Shown here: piece after piece, positions 1 through 13,800 of the stretch
How positions within the stretch are numbered: the first letter of the stretch is position 1
Layout of the letters: each line of letters opens with the position of its first letter
Origin: Lepidodermella squamata
Taxonomy: Eukaryota; Animalia; Gastrotricha
Direction of reading: 5' to 3'
DNA: 64,000 nucleotides
Assembly: GCA_047495785.1 (NCBI GenBank)
Contig: JBLDXI010000013.1
Span: forward strand, 1,674,001-1,738,000
The notes under the pieces: model-generated
What the model was told of the DNA's origin: nothing
The model's database searches: none
The model's input: only the letters and a program-made list of their open reading frames with translations
Translations under genes and position numbers: made by a program

Positions 1-327
1 CGGCTCGGCGTTGACGAGGCGTTGCGCGTAGCCCCGCCATCGCCGCGCGCTAGGCGGACGGGCAGCCGGGGACGTAAGCGATCAATTTTTGCCAATTTAA
101 TTCCCTTTACCCGTCGCCGTGCACGACGCTGAGTATATTCTCAAGCAAATACGCAAATATGGCAGGCCCGGGACTTGGAACACTGAAATATCCCCGAAAT
201 ATATAACAATAATAATAGTAAATATAGTTAGCGGCACATCGATGGCGCCGGTCTTTCTGCTATGATTACTATTATTTCGTTTTCATTTCGTTTTCATTTT
301 GCTTGCCTGAGCTGCTCATCTTCGTAC

Positions 328-351
328 AATAATAATAATAATAATAATAAT
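328..351. repeat. (AAT)8 microsatellite
   Basis: Read directly from the sequence. Confidence 0.9.
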
Positions 352-2823
352 GTATATTACATTGTAATTGCGTTTATTATATATTGCACATGCGACCGCA
401 TCTCGGCCTCAGAGCCCAAGATGTCGGCTGTGGTAAATCTATAAATTACAAGCGCGCCCGCTTTTCGCTCCACTTCTTTCGACGCGAGCGCGCGACCCAG
501 AGGCGGATGCGAAAAGTATTGCGTTAGGTACCACAAGGAACTCGCGAATATTTCATTATATTTTGCTCCCTTCATAAGATGTCAAGTCTAGCACTGAATA
601 TAATTGTAAAATAATAATAATAATACTAATAATAGTAATAATCAGACGGAGGGCGGATGTCGTTGACATTTCATCGCACCCAACCCTCCGCAGAACATTA
701 CGTTATTAGTATTATTACTCATTATTATTACACAATATAAATTATAATATTGAACTCAACAATCATGGGCATATACGCACTCGAAGCTCTAGAAATCTAT
801 CTTCGATTCGAGGTAACTTCACGACAATGTAGCAACGTAAATACGAACAACATATTTCACAAGAGTGTGAAAAGGAAATGTGCTGGAAATTGCGAAACCA
901 TAGGGCCATAACGTGCCGCCTGAAGTTTCGAAGTGCGGTTCCCACACTCATATCGAATGAAAACGGATGTCAACTGTCGGTAGAATAGGGAGGGCATAAA
1001 CAACGCACGTCGAACGGAAATAAATTAGTCACAACAAGCGCGCAGATTTGTTTACGCAACATCACAGGGCAATTAAAATTTGAACTTGGCATGCAAGAAA
1101 AAAAGCCTTGGCTTCTGTGCACCGAGCATCATCACGTTATTTACCAGGTTGAAAACTTTGCGAGTGAAAATGGTCAAAGGCAAATACAATTTAATTTAAT
1201 AAAATGCAGCAAAATATACCGGGCAAATGACGAAAAATGAGCAGAAATCGCTATGTTGGCGAGCATTTTATACTAGCCGCTGAAACGGTAAATAAAGCTA
1301 AATTGCTGCGGCCGTATGAGCGTTCCTGGTGAATTTTATGAAGCTAATGGTAGTTAAGACTCGAAAATGTATGATTTAAAGCTTATTTATACCGCCACTT
1401 TTCAAATATTAAATTGATAAAATGGAATGCCGCTTCGCATAAATGGCTATCATCAAGGCAATCTCAAGCGATTGCATCAAATTGATGCGTCCAGTTGATG
1501 GCTAATAGCTAATGGCTTCTGATTGCGATATGATGACGATGACGGCGATATTATTCACATAATATGCAAATTGATTTTCGGCTCTCGCCGAGAATGCTTG
1601 TCTGTTTACGTACACAAATAACGCGCACATTTGCGGCTATCTTCGGTCTTTTATATTTTGATTGTCAACAGATTCGCGAACTCAATGTTTACGGCGACAG
1701 GAAAGCATCTTCATCTTCACAAAAGGCCACTAGAGCCGTATTTGATGGGTTTCATGAAGAAAGCATCAACATTTACTTCGCATTTCCGTTCATTCGGCGC
1801 ACAAAATTGAAGGATGAAAAGGTAATCAGCGACATTGATATATGCATATTATCACAACAGTGATTATACGGCGTCTTCCCCCGCTTTGCTAATGCACGCC
1901 TCCTGAACCGGCTGGAGTCGATATATCCGCAATTATGCTACAGTGATTTGTCAACTGGAAACTCAGCAGAAGGATGCCAGCGATAGCAACATAATAATTA
2001 AAGTATATAGTTGTGGAGCTCAAAAATATTGAAGAGAAATAACTTATAAATAGATAAAAACCCAGGGCAATACCAGGAGCCAGGAGCTTGCCACCTTGCG
2101 CTCGTCAGAAGGTGGTAAACGCGAATTGAAAACAAGATGAATCGCTTTTGTCTATCGGGGGAATATTTCATCCCCACCGAGACTTAGAAGAATGCCTTAG
2201 CACCAACGCTTTAGCTCTCTATTTTAGCCCACAATTTTTCCACGTTTTCCTCGATTTTGCATCTTCGTCGTGGTATAAGCTGACGACGAACACTGCGCAA
2301 CCCATTTTGTGCACGATGCGTACTCCTTCAGATTCGATTGGTTTTGCAGACACTTTTCTTTTCTTGCGCCTATAAAGTAAACTGAGCGAAATCTTTCAAA
2401 TTATACCTGCAACGAGAAACTCAAAATTCGAGAACCGAGAAAAACGAGAGAAACGAGAAAAAAATGTATGTACAAATCTGCGACCTTCGCAGGGTAAATT
2501 CAATTCAAGACTTTCGTAGTCGTACAGCGAACAACTCAGTTTTAATTATGCGAAATGAGCAGAACTTTGCCTATAATGCAAACATCGGTGGAACTGAAAA
2601 TCCTCAACTGCACTGTAAACGAATTCAAAAGAAAATCGTACTGCAGGGATGGAGTGCAGGAGTCATGGTCAAATTAATATATGCAATGCGGCAACTCGCC
2701 GCGATGTGTTTAGATGAATGTAGCCGACTTCTTTGTTTCAAAGGTCAGAATTTCAGGTTCCTTGTTAAAAATCTACTATCAGAATTTGGATAAATAATGG
2801 CTTATTCTATAGAGAAATGAAAT

Positions 2824-2849
2824 CCCCCCCCCCCCCCCCCCCCCCCCCC
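2824..2849. repeat. Poly-C run (26 nt)
   Basis: Read directly from the sequence. Confidence 0.9.
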
Positions 2850-3563
2850 GATCTGAAACCCCGAGCGAGTGTGCAAACTTACGACGAATGCCAATTTTAG
2901 GCCCGAGCAAATCACATTCGAATCCAATTTTAATCAGATTCCTTCAATGGGCATTGGAAAGGCGATCCGCCCATCAATTATGACTCACATCTGTCAAACC
3001 ATTTAAACTCGCATAGAGGTATTGCTATAGAGCCATTTGTATGGTCCATGCCCCATGGTCCATATCTCAATTTTTCAAGTCAAGAGCATACCAGCAGCTA
3101 TTAGTTTCCTACGAAAGCGAAGGTCGGATGTCTGACAAATCTGGCAAAACCGAAATTGTCATTTTCAGATCGGTTTTGAGGCAGCCTTGCGTCGCATCCG
3201 GAAGAAATTAATACCAAACGATTCCAGATTATTCATTGTTTTATTCCTCCTATTTTGATGAAGATTGATTGAAATTTATATGCCAAAAATTGGCGAATCT
3301 GGCGAAAACCTCCGCCACTGTTGACTCGGATCATCGGAACAAAATAACCGCAGACAATAATTAGCATAAATTCTGTTGATATTTTCAAATAACAAATAAC
3401 CAATATTACTAATTGCGAATTTAAACAAAAAAAGAAGTAGCGAAAATGTCTTGACCTTTATTAATCAATATCAGGTGCATCTTTTCGAGCTTTGTGCCAA
3501 GCTGAAAGTCGATGACTTCGGTCCTATCGGTTGAGCGTGTCCCGCAGGCAGGGTTATGGGGTA

Positions 3564-3626
3564 TGGTTAATGGATAATGGATAATGGATAATGGATAATG
3601 GATAATGGATAATGGATAATGGATAA
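3564..3626. repeat. (TGGATAA)8 tandem repeat plus one degenerate unit
   Basis: Eight exact 7-mers at 3571-3626, preceded by TGGTTAA. Confidence 0.9.
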
Positions 3627-4412
3627 GAATCTTGAATAGGTTTTGATGTTGTCTGGAAGAACTTGATCAGTAATGTCAAATCGCTTTTACCTCGTCCACA
3701 CTGCTCGTCGCAATCTTGGTATATATGTATATTTTTGCTGCTCATTTAGTTTTCTTGGGTTAACGGTGAAATTCTGAAGTTCTGTTACTCGCTGATCCGC
3801 AGATTAATCAGACTATTAAGCAGAGCATCTATCACAACTGCTGATCAAACCCTTCGGTCGATCAACTCAGTTTTGGGTCAAGTTTGTTGGTCAATTGTCC
3901 ATTGTCAATTTCCGAATAATCCCTGTTTCTCTAGATCGTTTTGAAGGCTTTTCTCATGTGTATTAAGATTCTTCCCGTATCACGTATGAAAAATCACGTA
4001 GAGCATTATTTTTCTTGAAATTAGTTCGGACTCTCAGATTATTGAAAAGAGCAGTGTCTCGATCTATGCAGCGATCATATTTGTACGTCAGATTCACAGT
4101 AGTACTGTGTTTTTCGTATACACTATTGGCTGAACTTCCAGAAATCCTGTACCATGAGAATATTCCGAGTGTTACTTGCTATTGGCTATTAGCTATGTGT
4201 GAAACATACGAATCAGGAGGCATTCATGCTGAGCTTCAATCACTCAAATAGCCATTAGCTTAAATCTGCAGGCCATTCCCGTGTTACTGAAATTCACATT
4301 CTGAAATTTGCTACGCCCGGTTTACTGTCGATTGAAAATTGAAAACTTCGCTTATTACCCTCTCGTGCATTTAAGACCATCTCTTTTTTGCGGTAGGTAG
4401 CATTAATTTGTG

Positions 4413-5671
4413 ATGCACAATCGAGATGACGATATGTTGCTGGCGCCCAGAGCAGATGAGCTTGCCGCTGCCGCCTCATCATCAACCCTTGCTACAACGA
4501 CTGTAATATCAGCTGACGCAGACTCAGATCCACAGGTTCCTTGTTGGAGGGGAGCAAAGGCGTGCTTTTGTACGTTACGGCGCTATCTCCTCGTCGCAAT
4601 TTGTGATATTCTCATCATTACTGTCCTCTGTGTGACTCTTGTCGAACCTCGATGGCTAATGATTCGGCAAGGACAATGCCGAATAAACGGCAGAGAAGGT
4701 CGCTATATTGGTGTTGATTTTTTCTTTTCTCGTGGGCTCTACTCTGAAGGTCCACAGGAAATCGTCTTTCGTTACGGCGATAACAGTAAGAATTATTAAG
4801 TGACATTAATCTCGGTGCTAAATAATCTTTCCTATTGCAGATGAATTAATAAATTGTTTGAACGCTGCCGCTGTAACAATTTTTCGATGTGCCGTTACTC
4901 TTATAATTTGCTGTATTTGTCTCACGCTTGTATCCTTCTTCTTCTGCATTGTAAAATTGCGGATTCAATTATTTTTGGTGATAAGGAAATATGCAGTCTT
5001 CAACATTGTTACTGGTAAGGTACCTAATTTCTTTCAATACCATTTTTGATTCTATTGATGGAATTCCAGCGATAATCTGTGCTGCCGTGCTCGTGTTGGT
5101 ATTTTGCGCAAGTGATGAAGTTAATAGCATCCAACAACGTCCACTGAGAGTTCACACCGCGGCTGATGGAATGGTTGGCTCGGCGATGAACCCTCAGTAT
5201 GTGTCACTTGATCCTTACGCAATTACTGACTTCTCGACCGGTTACTACTTGGTACTACTCGCTGCGTTCCTGTCACTTTTAGCTGTTGGAATCACCCTAA
5301 TTGACTGCGCTTGCTATCACCAAGTTTTCACTTCATCGCGGCATTCATCTCGTGGTTACGAGCGTTTAATAGCCTCTTCTAATAGCGTGGCTAATACGGA
5401 ACAAGCCGCCGCTCCACCGGCTGCAGTTGCGAGTTCTAGTCGCCGAGCCATCTTCGCAGTGCCCATTGTTAGTAATCCGGGCAGTCGAAGCAGTCGAGGT
5501 GCCGCATTTACTACGGTGACGGAGAACGCATCAGGCTTATTACCACCGCCTCCACCTTATTCAGTCGCCGCGAATAGCAATAGCAGCGGTACATCGGCGC
5601 CTCTCAGCTCACCTGCGCCTCAGCTATTAGCCGGGTCGAGTGGTGCAGTTTCTACCCCGTCTCAAGCCTAA
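4413..5671 (+). CDS. TMEM127: Transmembrane protein 127 homolog; exons 4413-4785, 4841-5014, 5070-5671 (~382 aa)
   Basis: Two 55-nt GT-AG introns join the ORFs in frame. ITVLCVTLVEPRWLMIRQGQC, RKYAVFNIVTAIICA and FSTGYYLV parallel TMEM127 ([44 protein letters not shown]). C-terminal PPPPY motif. Confidence 0.85.
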
Positions 5672-8600
5672 TTAGCACTAATAGCGTACAAGATTTTTAC
5701 TCTCATGTTTTATTTTACCCTTTTCTTACGGCTATGACGCTGAAGCGCTATGATCTTATCACAAGCGTGTTGAAAAGACAAATTATTTCGTGCCATGGAA
5801 GTGTATAATATGGTGAATCGATATCAGATTCTTATAATTGTGGAAAAAGCTTGTTGCGCTTAATTTCAGTCCTTGGTTTCGAAGTTGTTGGATGTATTAT
5901 GAATCTTTACCCTATCTTTAAGCTTTCCGACTGGAATATTCTTAGTTCAATCACTGTCTTAAAGTTCTGATTTTCGGGGATTTTTATAATATTTTTGTTG
6001 CCGCATGTCTATCTAGTAGAATAATTAATCTAAACTGTGTCATCAACCCCTCTATTTGAACATGGAAAGTTTCTTGGACAAAGCATATAACCGAGTCGGA
6101 AATGGCTACGTTAAAGTACCTTTGTTATTGTTTTTGAATGGATATCAGATCTTGCAAAGAAACGTTTTAATAAAAATGAATTTGATTATTTCTTGGTGTT
6201 TTTTCTGTATATATATATATGAAAGGAAAAGCAGGTGCATTATTCAAGCTGGATGTCTGCTTACTGAGTAACTGAGAAGTAACAGCAGTCATATGCAAGA
6301 CTCGGATGTTGGTTTAGCAGCACAAGAACGGGTTCCCGGCGGGGCCTGAAAGCTGAGTGTGAAATGAAATGAGTAATACATAGTACATGATTGCCTACAA
6401 TTCCTCTGGCCTACTTGAGTAAAGTAATCCGTAAACCTGCTATGACTTGCCTGCGAAAACAGGCTAGCCAAGAACATGTTCGACGTCTTCGGCTATTTGC
6501 GTTGTCCACGGGACTAAAATCGCAGGACCGATCGACAGTATTATATAAAATTGGAGCAACCAGACGCGCGATTCTGAAAGACTTATCAAATTAACTGAGA
6601 GCTAAGAGCTAACAATTTTGGATATGCCATGGTGACAACTTAATCAGCCTAATTCAAGCTATTCCCCTGCTAAGTTGATATGCTACAGGATCCATTTTGG
6701 ATTCAATCTATACGATAAATCTTTAGAAAAATGTAGTTTCATCGCGCACACCATGAATTATCTCTAATATTGGAATATTTGGAAAGCTCTAGGCAGCTTA
6801 GAATCGTGCGAGCATTTTTCTGATGAAGCAATTGTCTACTTCTGAACTTTTAAAAGGGTCTAAATACTTGCAGTACTAATTAAGGTTCCAACCGTTCCAA
6901 CTCCAAAATTAAGCCTGTCTTAGATAACGGGGTTAACAGGGCCTTGCAAAATTTTACTTGTCGTTGCCCGGTTGCGTACTGAAATGGTCAAACATTTCCT
7001 CGTGTTGCAATGTACTGTATCCACATGTTGCATCCAATTAAGTGCACCGTGGCATTTTATTTGGCCTCTGGGACTGCTAATATCGGAGAAATAACTGATT
7101 TTTCAGATCGATACTGGGAATCGACGTATTTGCAGGCTGAGGTATAACTCGTAGACTGACCACCGATAGCGCAAAATGCGATTAATTGTGAGATAATCGA
7201 CTAAGCATTATTTCAAAACAATGAAAAATGATGTGAAGACAGCTGGAAACAATTGTAACAGCCAGTGGTAGCCATCCATGGAACATCATCGGTTGGGAAT
7301 AATTTCTGATAGCGGAAAGCTCCATCAAGTTTTAGAGACAGGTTCGTGAGTAGCTATTCTAAGCCTGTCAATCTTAAGTTATGGTGAGCTTTTCCAAAAT
7401 TTCCTTTTGGAACGACCCTTGACCCTCGAACTGCATGAATGCACCATACTGGCTGAAGTATGACCTTCCGCAAGCTTCGGCTTTTGAAATCGAGATCTCA
7501 ATTGCTTAGCCTGCTGGGAAAACTCGGCAAAACTCGGCAATGTGATTTGTTGGAACCTGCGATCACAGATGTGGCAACCAGTACAGTGACTTGAGGGTTG
7601 GAAAAAAGACAGTAAGGTGATTTCTTTCACTTTTATTTGATCCTTCCTTCGCGAATTTTTTCGCATTGGTTTTTCTTTATCTATAATCCTACTGCAATTG
7701 TATAATTTGTCACTAAATAATTTCGCATTATTACTTTCTTGATCTCGCAGCGCACACAACGTCGTCCAGGTTCACCACAAACACTCGTTCATTCATTCGA
7801 CTTGTCACCACCATGCACTTAGACGCATCATCTCAAGTACAATCATAAACAAGATAGAGACGAAAGGAGACGGGCAGGAAAGAGAAGTCATCAGAACATA
7901 TGATGATGAATAAGGAGCAACAACGAGTAGAAGGCTGCGAACGACGCTGACAACAATTTGCACAGAAAGAAAATGTTTCATTTTGCGTATCACCCTAGAT
8001 GTGAGACTTGAAATTCCTTACATCTTGCCAGAATAATTTATACAATATTATCGGTATTTTTTTAGAGAAATAGTATCTATTGATTTTAGGCACGTTGGAA
8101 GCAAAACTTCGTTGTTCCGTCAAAGTAAAAGAAACCAGAAAATTATTTTTTTATCAATGCTTTCTTCAATCATTTTCTTTTTAGCTTTAAAGCGAACACC
8201 TCAACATCTTGCACGATGAGGTGAAACAAATCTTCTCTCCTTATGATTTCCTCTCGAGGCAACGAAACAGAGAACAAGGAGGAAATTCAGTCATCAATGT
8301 GGACATAATTTCATCTGCTTGATGCGCGGACACGCATATGAAGTAACACTTGAGGGTTGGAATAGGTTTCAGAAGTGTTTTGTACAAGCAGTCTGGATAT
8401 TTACAATATAACGATATATCTGTCTTTATTTAGATAATCATCATCACTACAGGTATCTTCGAAAGTGTTATCGCTTTTCAACTTTGAAACCAGCGTAATG
8501 GGCTTGTTCTGATGTATTATTATTGTATTATAATTTAGCAGACTTTTTATGATGAAAACCGACTTATGTTTGAAGTAAGAATGGAGGAATCTTTACACTT

Positions 8601-10885
8601 GTAGGCTTCGTCAAATGGGATTTGGGCCTTTTACAAAGGACTGCAGAGTAAAAAACGAGAAAACATATGGAGATGACACGTTCAATCATAATTTGGCAGT
8701 TTTTACATCAAGTGCATTAATCATAACGTAGTAGATATTTCCAACATTAGGTGCCTCTCCTAGTTGCTCCGAGCAGCTTGAATATCTTAGCAATTCTTAG
8801 AAGTAATCAGAAACCGGCTGTTCAACGGTAGCATTTCCACGATAAAGATATTTACTATTATGTACAACAGATACAAATATTTTTTATCGACACAACTAAG
8901 CTTCGATGCGACGATTGTAGGAGGATGAGGAGAAAGGGAAAATCGGAAGATGAAGGCGCCAATTGTGTATTTTTTTCACTGTTGCGGAAGTCGCTACGGC
9001 TAATTACATCAATTTGTTTGACTACACATCTTTTCTCGAACAGTGACCACATGAACTGAGCAATCATTCACGGTGTAATTCCAGTTTGGCGTCGAGAGAG
9101 ACAGATAGAGAGAGAAATACAAAGTGCCTCGAATTTTCCACAACGAAACAGATCAGTTGCAGTCATGGTGTTTGTTTTTAGCTCGCAGTTTCGTTTCTGA
9201 TTCATACATTCTTTAATTTGAGAGGAGACTATCATCGTATGAAAATTCTTCCGCGATCGTCGCTTGAGTTTTTACCTTTTTACACATTATTTATAAGAAA
9301 TAGCAGTAATTATTAACAAAATAAATTGGTGATTAGTTTTCTTGAATTTAAGAACGCGGTTATCAATATTCTCCATATATCATCATTATTAACAAAAAGG
9401 CGACCAGATATGAAATTGGTCTAGCAGGCAACGCGAAGGCAACGCAATGACTAATCGGATAGCTTGATCCTTGTACACGATCCCTTTTGCTGAGTCCAAA
9501 CACTTTAATCTTCTATTCTCATTATTATCTCTGAATAGATGTCTTGATAATAACAGGGCATGCATGTTAGCGCGAAAGATATTTTGAGAGAGAGAGAGTA
9601 GTCGCGGTTATTAACAAACTTCATAATGTTTTCGCTAGGAAAAACGACATGCGTGAGAAGAATTTGATGATGAATCATAGACGCTGATCGAATCTATCAT
9701 TAAACGACCGACTTTACAGAGAAAACGGTGGGAGTTTAATTTAAAGAAAACAAAACAAATGTGTCTTGGACGTCCAGGTTATCTCCATCAATCATGTGAC
9801 CAGCGCAACAATTTCAACAACAAAAAGAATGGTATTTTGAATAGACGGAAGAGCGTAGGATGGATAAGTCTATATATTTATATCATATATGTATATAGGT
9901 ATGTATGAACGAATAGCCTCGCTTAAATCCAAAAGCTGCCGCGGCACGATGGCGGACAAAAACGAACAACTTCAAAAAGTGTGCCACTAGATTACAATTT
10001 ATATGTAACTTTTATGTACAAATACGGACGACAATGGTCAAAAAATTAGAAGAGAAGAACTGTGGCCGGGGATGATAAGATTCTGTTTTCACAAAATGGA
10101 TTTGAATCCGAAACATTTTTATGATCGTAGCAGATGATGGCTATTCAGTATTTATAGCATACGGTATTGTCGTAATAACGGTATATCTGGAATATTTACA
10201 TAGGAATTCAATGTATACATATTTCAAAAATTATATTCATCTGTGAAGATTAACAACGTTCTTCATAATATGCTCTTTAAATATAGATGTAATTACTATT
10301 TCGCGGCATTCTTTCCTTTCTTTATCATAAGAATAATATTCAATTTTCATATAGTAAGAAGGAGAAAGCAAGAAATCACAATCAACGTCAATGACGCAGC
10401 AGAACCCCGCCAATGAACATATTTTTAGGCTTCGTTTTCATTTTCATCATTATCATCATGAACGATTCAAGAATCCGTGTTAAATAGGACTATGTAATAA
10501 TTAATAAAGATAATTATCATTCTGAATAGCCGATATCGGCTCCATTCAATTTTTTCTGAAAATTTCTTCATATTTTTTTAAATATCACATCACTCAAATC
10601 AGAATTGTAGAGAGCGAGAAAAAGCGAGAAATGAACAGGGGTGCAATCAATCATCATTATCGGACGTTATCAGTCAAAATAGTCAAGGTGAAACACAGCG
10701 ACAATAAGAGGCGGAAGAAACCCCAGCTTTTCTCTTTTTCCCGCGCATATCTCTTCCTTTTACCCGACAACAAAATGCGTGTCTTGGAGCATAATTGGAA
10801 CAATTTTTGTATTTTTTATATAATAATAATATAAGAATTATTATCTATCTATCATATATCCGGAATCTCGTAATCCCTGAGATTA

Positions 10886-13800
10886 CTAAGACCCAGTCGG
10901 CGCCTCTGACGACTGCCGGCCGCTCTGTTGGGGTGCAGGCCGCCTGCTGTTCTGACTTCCATTGCTGTTGTAGTAGCCACCCCGGCCGTTGCTTGGCGCA
11001 CCACGTCGCGGACCACCGTAACCGCTTTGCTGTTGCTGAGCCGCTGCGGATGAAACTGCACTTTGTTGCTGTGATTGTTGCGATTGCGGTTGTGAAGCAG
11101 GTGCGTTAACCGATGTCGTCGATGTTGCCGCAGATACGTTAGCAACCGAACCAGGAGAAGGAGAGGGCGCACCAGTTGGCGAGGCAGGGGGCGGAACTGC
11201 ACTACCTGCACGAGCACCGAGAATAGGCACCGCCTGAAAATTCAGTATAGCAATGTAATGATGAGTAATTCAGTGAGTCTGGGGGTCAATTTCGAACCTG
11301 ATCTGACGAGGAATTATCTGATGAGGCATTGTTAGATGAAGAGACTTGTTGAGAGGAGCCAGGAGCCGCTGGTTCCTTGCCACGCAGCATAGCCGCATAG
11401 CTGATTTGAGCGGGAGGTACGGTCTGAGCAAGTGATTGGGAAGCGTTCGAGTTGTTGTTGCTGTTGGTGGTCACCGTGGCCGAGGAAGAGTTGGACGAAG
11501 AGCGCCCGTCGCCAGACACCCGCGACTTGTTCGACGCTTCAGAAGCAGCAGTCACAGCCGCCGAGTTGTTGTTGCTGGTCGACGACGCCGAGGAACCGGG
11601 TTGCCGCGACCGCGTCAACGAGTCGGCGCGCGCGGGTGAGCGGCGGTCGATATCACTCGAGTTCGAAGCGAATTCAGCAGCGTGTTTGCTTGTCACTTGG
11701 TTCATGACTTGCACGGGGCTGGGTGATGGGGCACTCGGCGAGGGCGGGACCGGGGACGCCGATTGGGCCCGGTGCGACTGGGCCACCACTGACGCGGCGG
11801 TCGTCGGCACTGACTGTTGAGCTTGGCCTTGCTGTTGAGCGAGCTGCGGCGAGGAGCCACTCAATGCTGTTTGGCCGGGAGCTGCGTTGGTCGCCTCTAA
11901 AACCGGGAAGGATCCCGGATCTAGAATGAAAGATTGCTGATTTTGCATGCCACGACCACCGGAGCCACCCTGGTGTGACGCGCCTGATTGCGAATTCGGA
12001 GAGTTCAGGTCGCGATCACCATCGGCGCCCATCGATTTCGTCATGCGGTCGGAGCCAGTGCCCATGTGCCCGCCACGACCACCGCGCATAGAACTCGGGC
12101 CTCGACCAAACTGCGAAGAGCCTTGCAAACCATCACTTCCCATGCTACCGTCCATCGGCGGCCTTTGACCACGTTCGCCCTGAATAGGACCAGTTCGACC
12201 TCCTCGACCACCTCTCCGCTCACCCATGTAGCGACTAGTTCCTCGGTCCCTAAAATCAAAGACATAACTAATCATGATCAATAATTCAAAAATGATTAGG
12301 AAATTCACCTTTGGATCGGCTTTCCTCCCATAACACCGGTTCCGGAGGAAATACCGCCAACCATGGCACCACTCGGTGAAGAGCCCGAAGTAGAGCTGTA
12401 ACCACTGCTTTTGCCAGGTGAAACCGAAGTCCCGCCGCTTTGTGCGTTGCCGCGGCCGAGGGATCGTTGAGGATTTAACCCGCTTGGAGCGCCGTCTTCT
12501 TCACCGTGGTCCTGGTTGTTCTGGTTTGGCGCTCGCCTGTGGTAATGCTGATCTTCGCTGTTGTACGGACCCGGTTGCAACCGTTGCTGCGAGATGTCGA
12601 TAGGTGGCGGCATCGGAGGTGGATGCCGCGTTGGCCCCGATTGGTCGTAGAAATTATTCGAATCGCCTTGGCCTTGAAGATTTTGATTCTGAACACCGTA
12701 CGATTGTCGGTAACGGCCACCTTGCGATGAGCCCTGACGACTTCCCGACTGTTGACCAGTTTGTTGTTGTTGACCAGACTGTTGTTGACCGAAGCGATTG
12801 GCTTTAAATTATACAAAACAATTAGTTTATCGAATAGCAATCAACACCACAATAGCATGCCTACTTAAAAGCGCTTGACCACGTTAATTTATCTTCTGAT
12901 TTCTTTCAAAAGCACTGCTACGAACTTATTGCTCACGTTCAAGATGCGCTGCTTCACTTATTCTACTTGTATTCTCAGCGGCAGTTTCTTTAAAAAAATC
13001 AGCAACTATTCACGCGAACGAAAACACCAGATGGGTGACAAATTTACAGTTCAACTTTTATTCGTTTATTGAGATTAATGGAGGTTATACTTGTATAATT
13101 TAAGGATTATCAACACGGGTTAGCTAGACATACCACTGACTACAGCAGAGTTGCGATTAGGCTGCTGTTGATTTTGCTGGTTCTGCTGGGTCGCATACGC
13201 CGCTTGAGAACCCAGCATTTGAAGCTGTTGTTGCTGAGCATTAGCAGCCGCGTTTTGCTGCGCGGCAGCCACGTTCTGAATAGTTTGCTGCATAGTTTGA
13301 CCCTGGGCCGCCATTGCCATCGCGACCGCAGCAGCGGCGGCGGCCGGAGTGGTATACGAGCCGAAAAGATGAGGAGGGAACTGAGCGGCGATGAGCGGCG
13401 GCCTCGGACCCTGCTGACCCGGGGCAGAAGGAGCGAAAATTCTGGCACCGGCCTGACCAGCGAAGGCATTTTGCTGTTGACCGGCCTGATTTTGTCCCTG
13501 ATCGGCAGTGTTCGGGGCAGAGGCAGCTCCTGCCTGTCCACCTGATTGCTGCTGACCGCCCTGGGCGTTCCATCCAGCGTTACCTTGCCCGGCTTGGCTC
13601 GCGTTTTGCGCCGCGGCCTGTTGAGCAGCAGCTTGTTGCTGTTGCTGTTGTTGTTGTTGCTGCTGCTGCTGGTGATGCTGATAGAAATTCTGCTGTTGCT
13701 GAAGGGCAGCCAACATCAATTGAGGCTGCAGCTGAGCACCTTGCTGGAAGTACAGTTGCTGAAAAGCGGCTTGTGCATTGCTTTGAGCCTGGCTCGCAGC

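Noticed and set aside
6316-6336. TAGCAGCACA, matching the miR-15/16 5' end
   Set aside because: No fold-back partner arm is visible, so a chance match is likely.
7379-7759. 126-aa minus-strand ORF
   Set aside because: No recognisable domain or splice partners. It lies in probable UTR or intergenic DNA.
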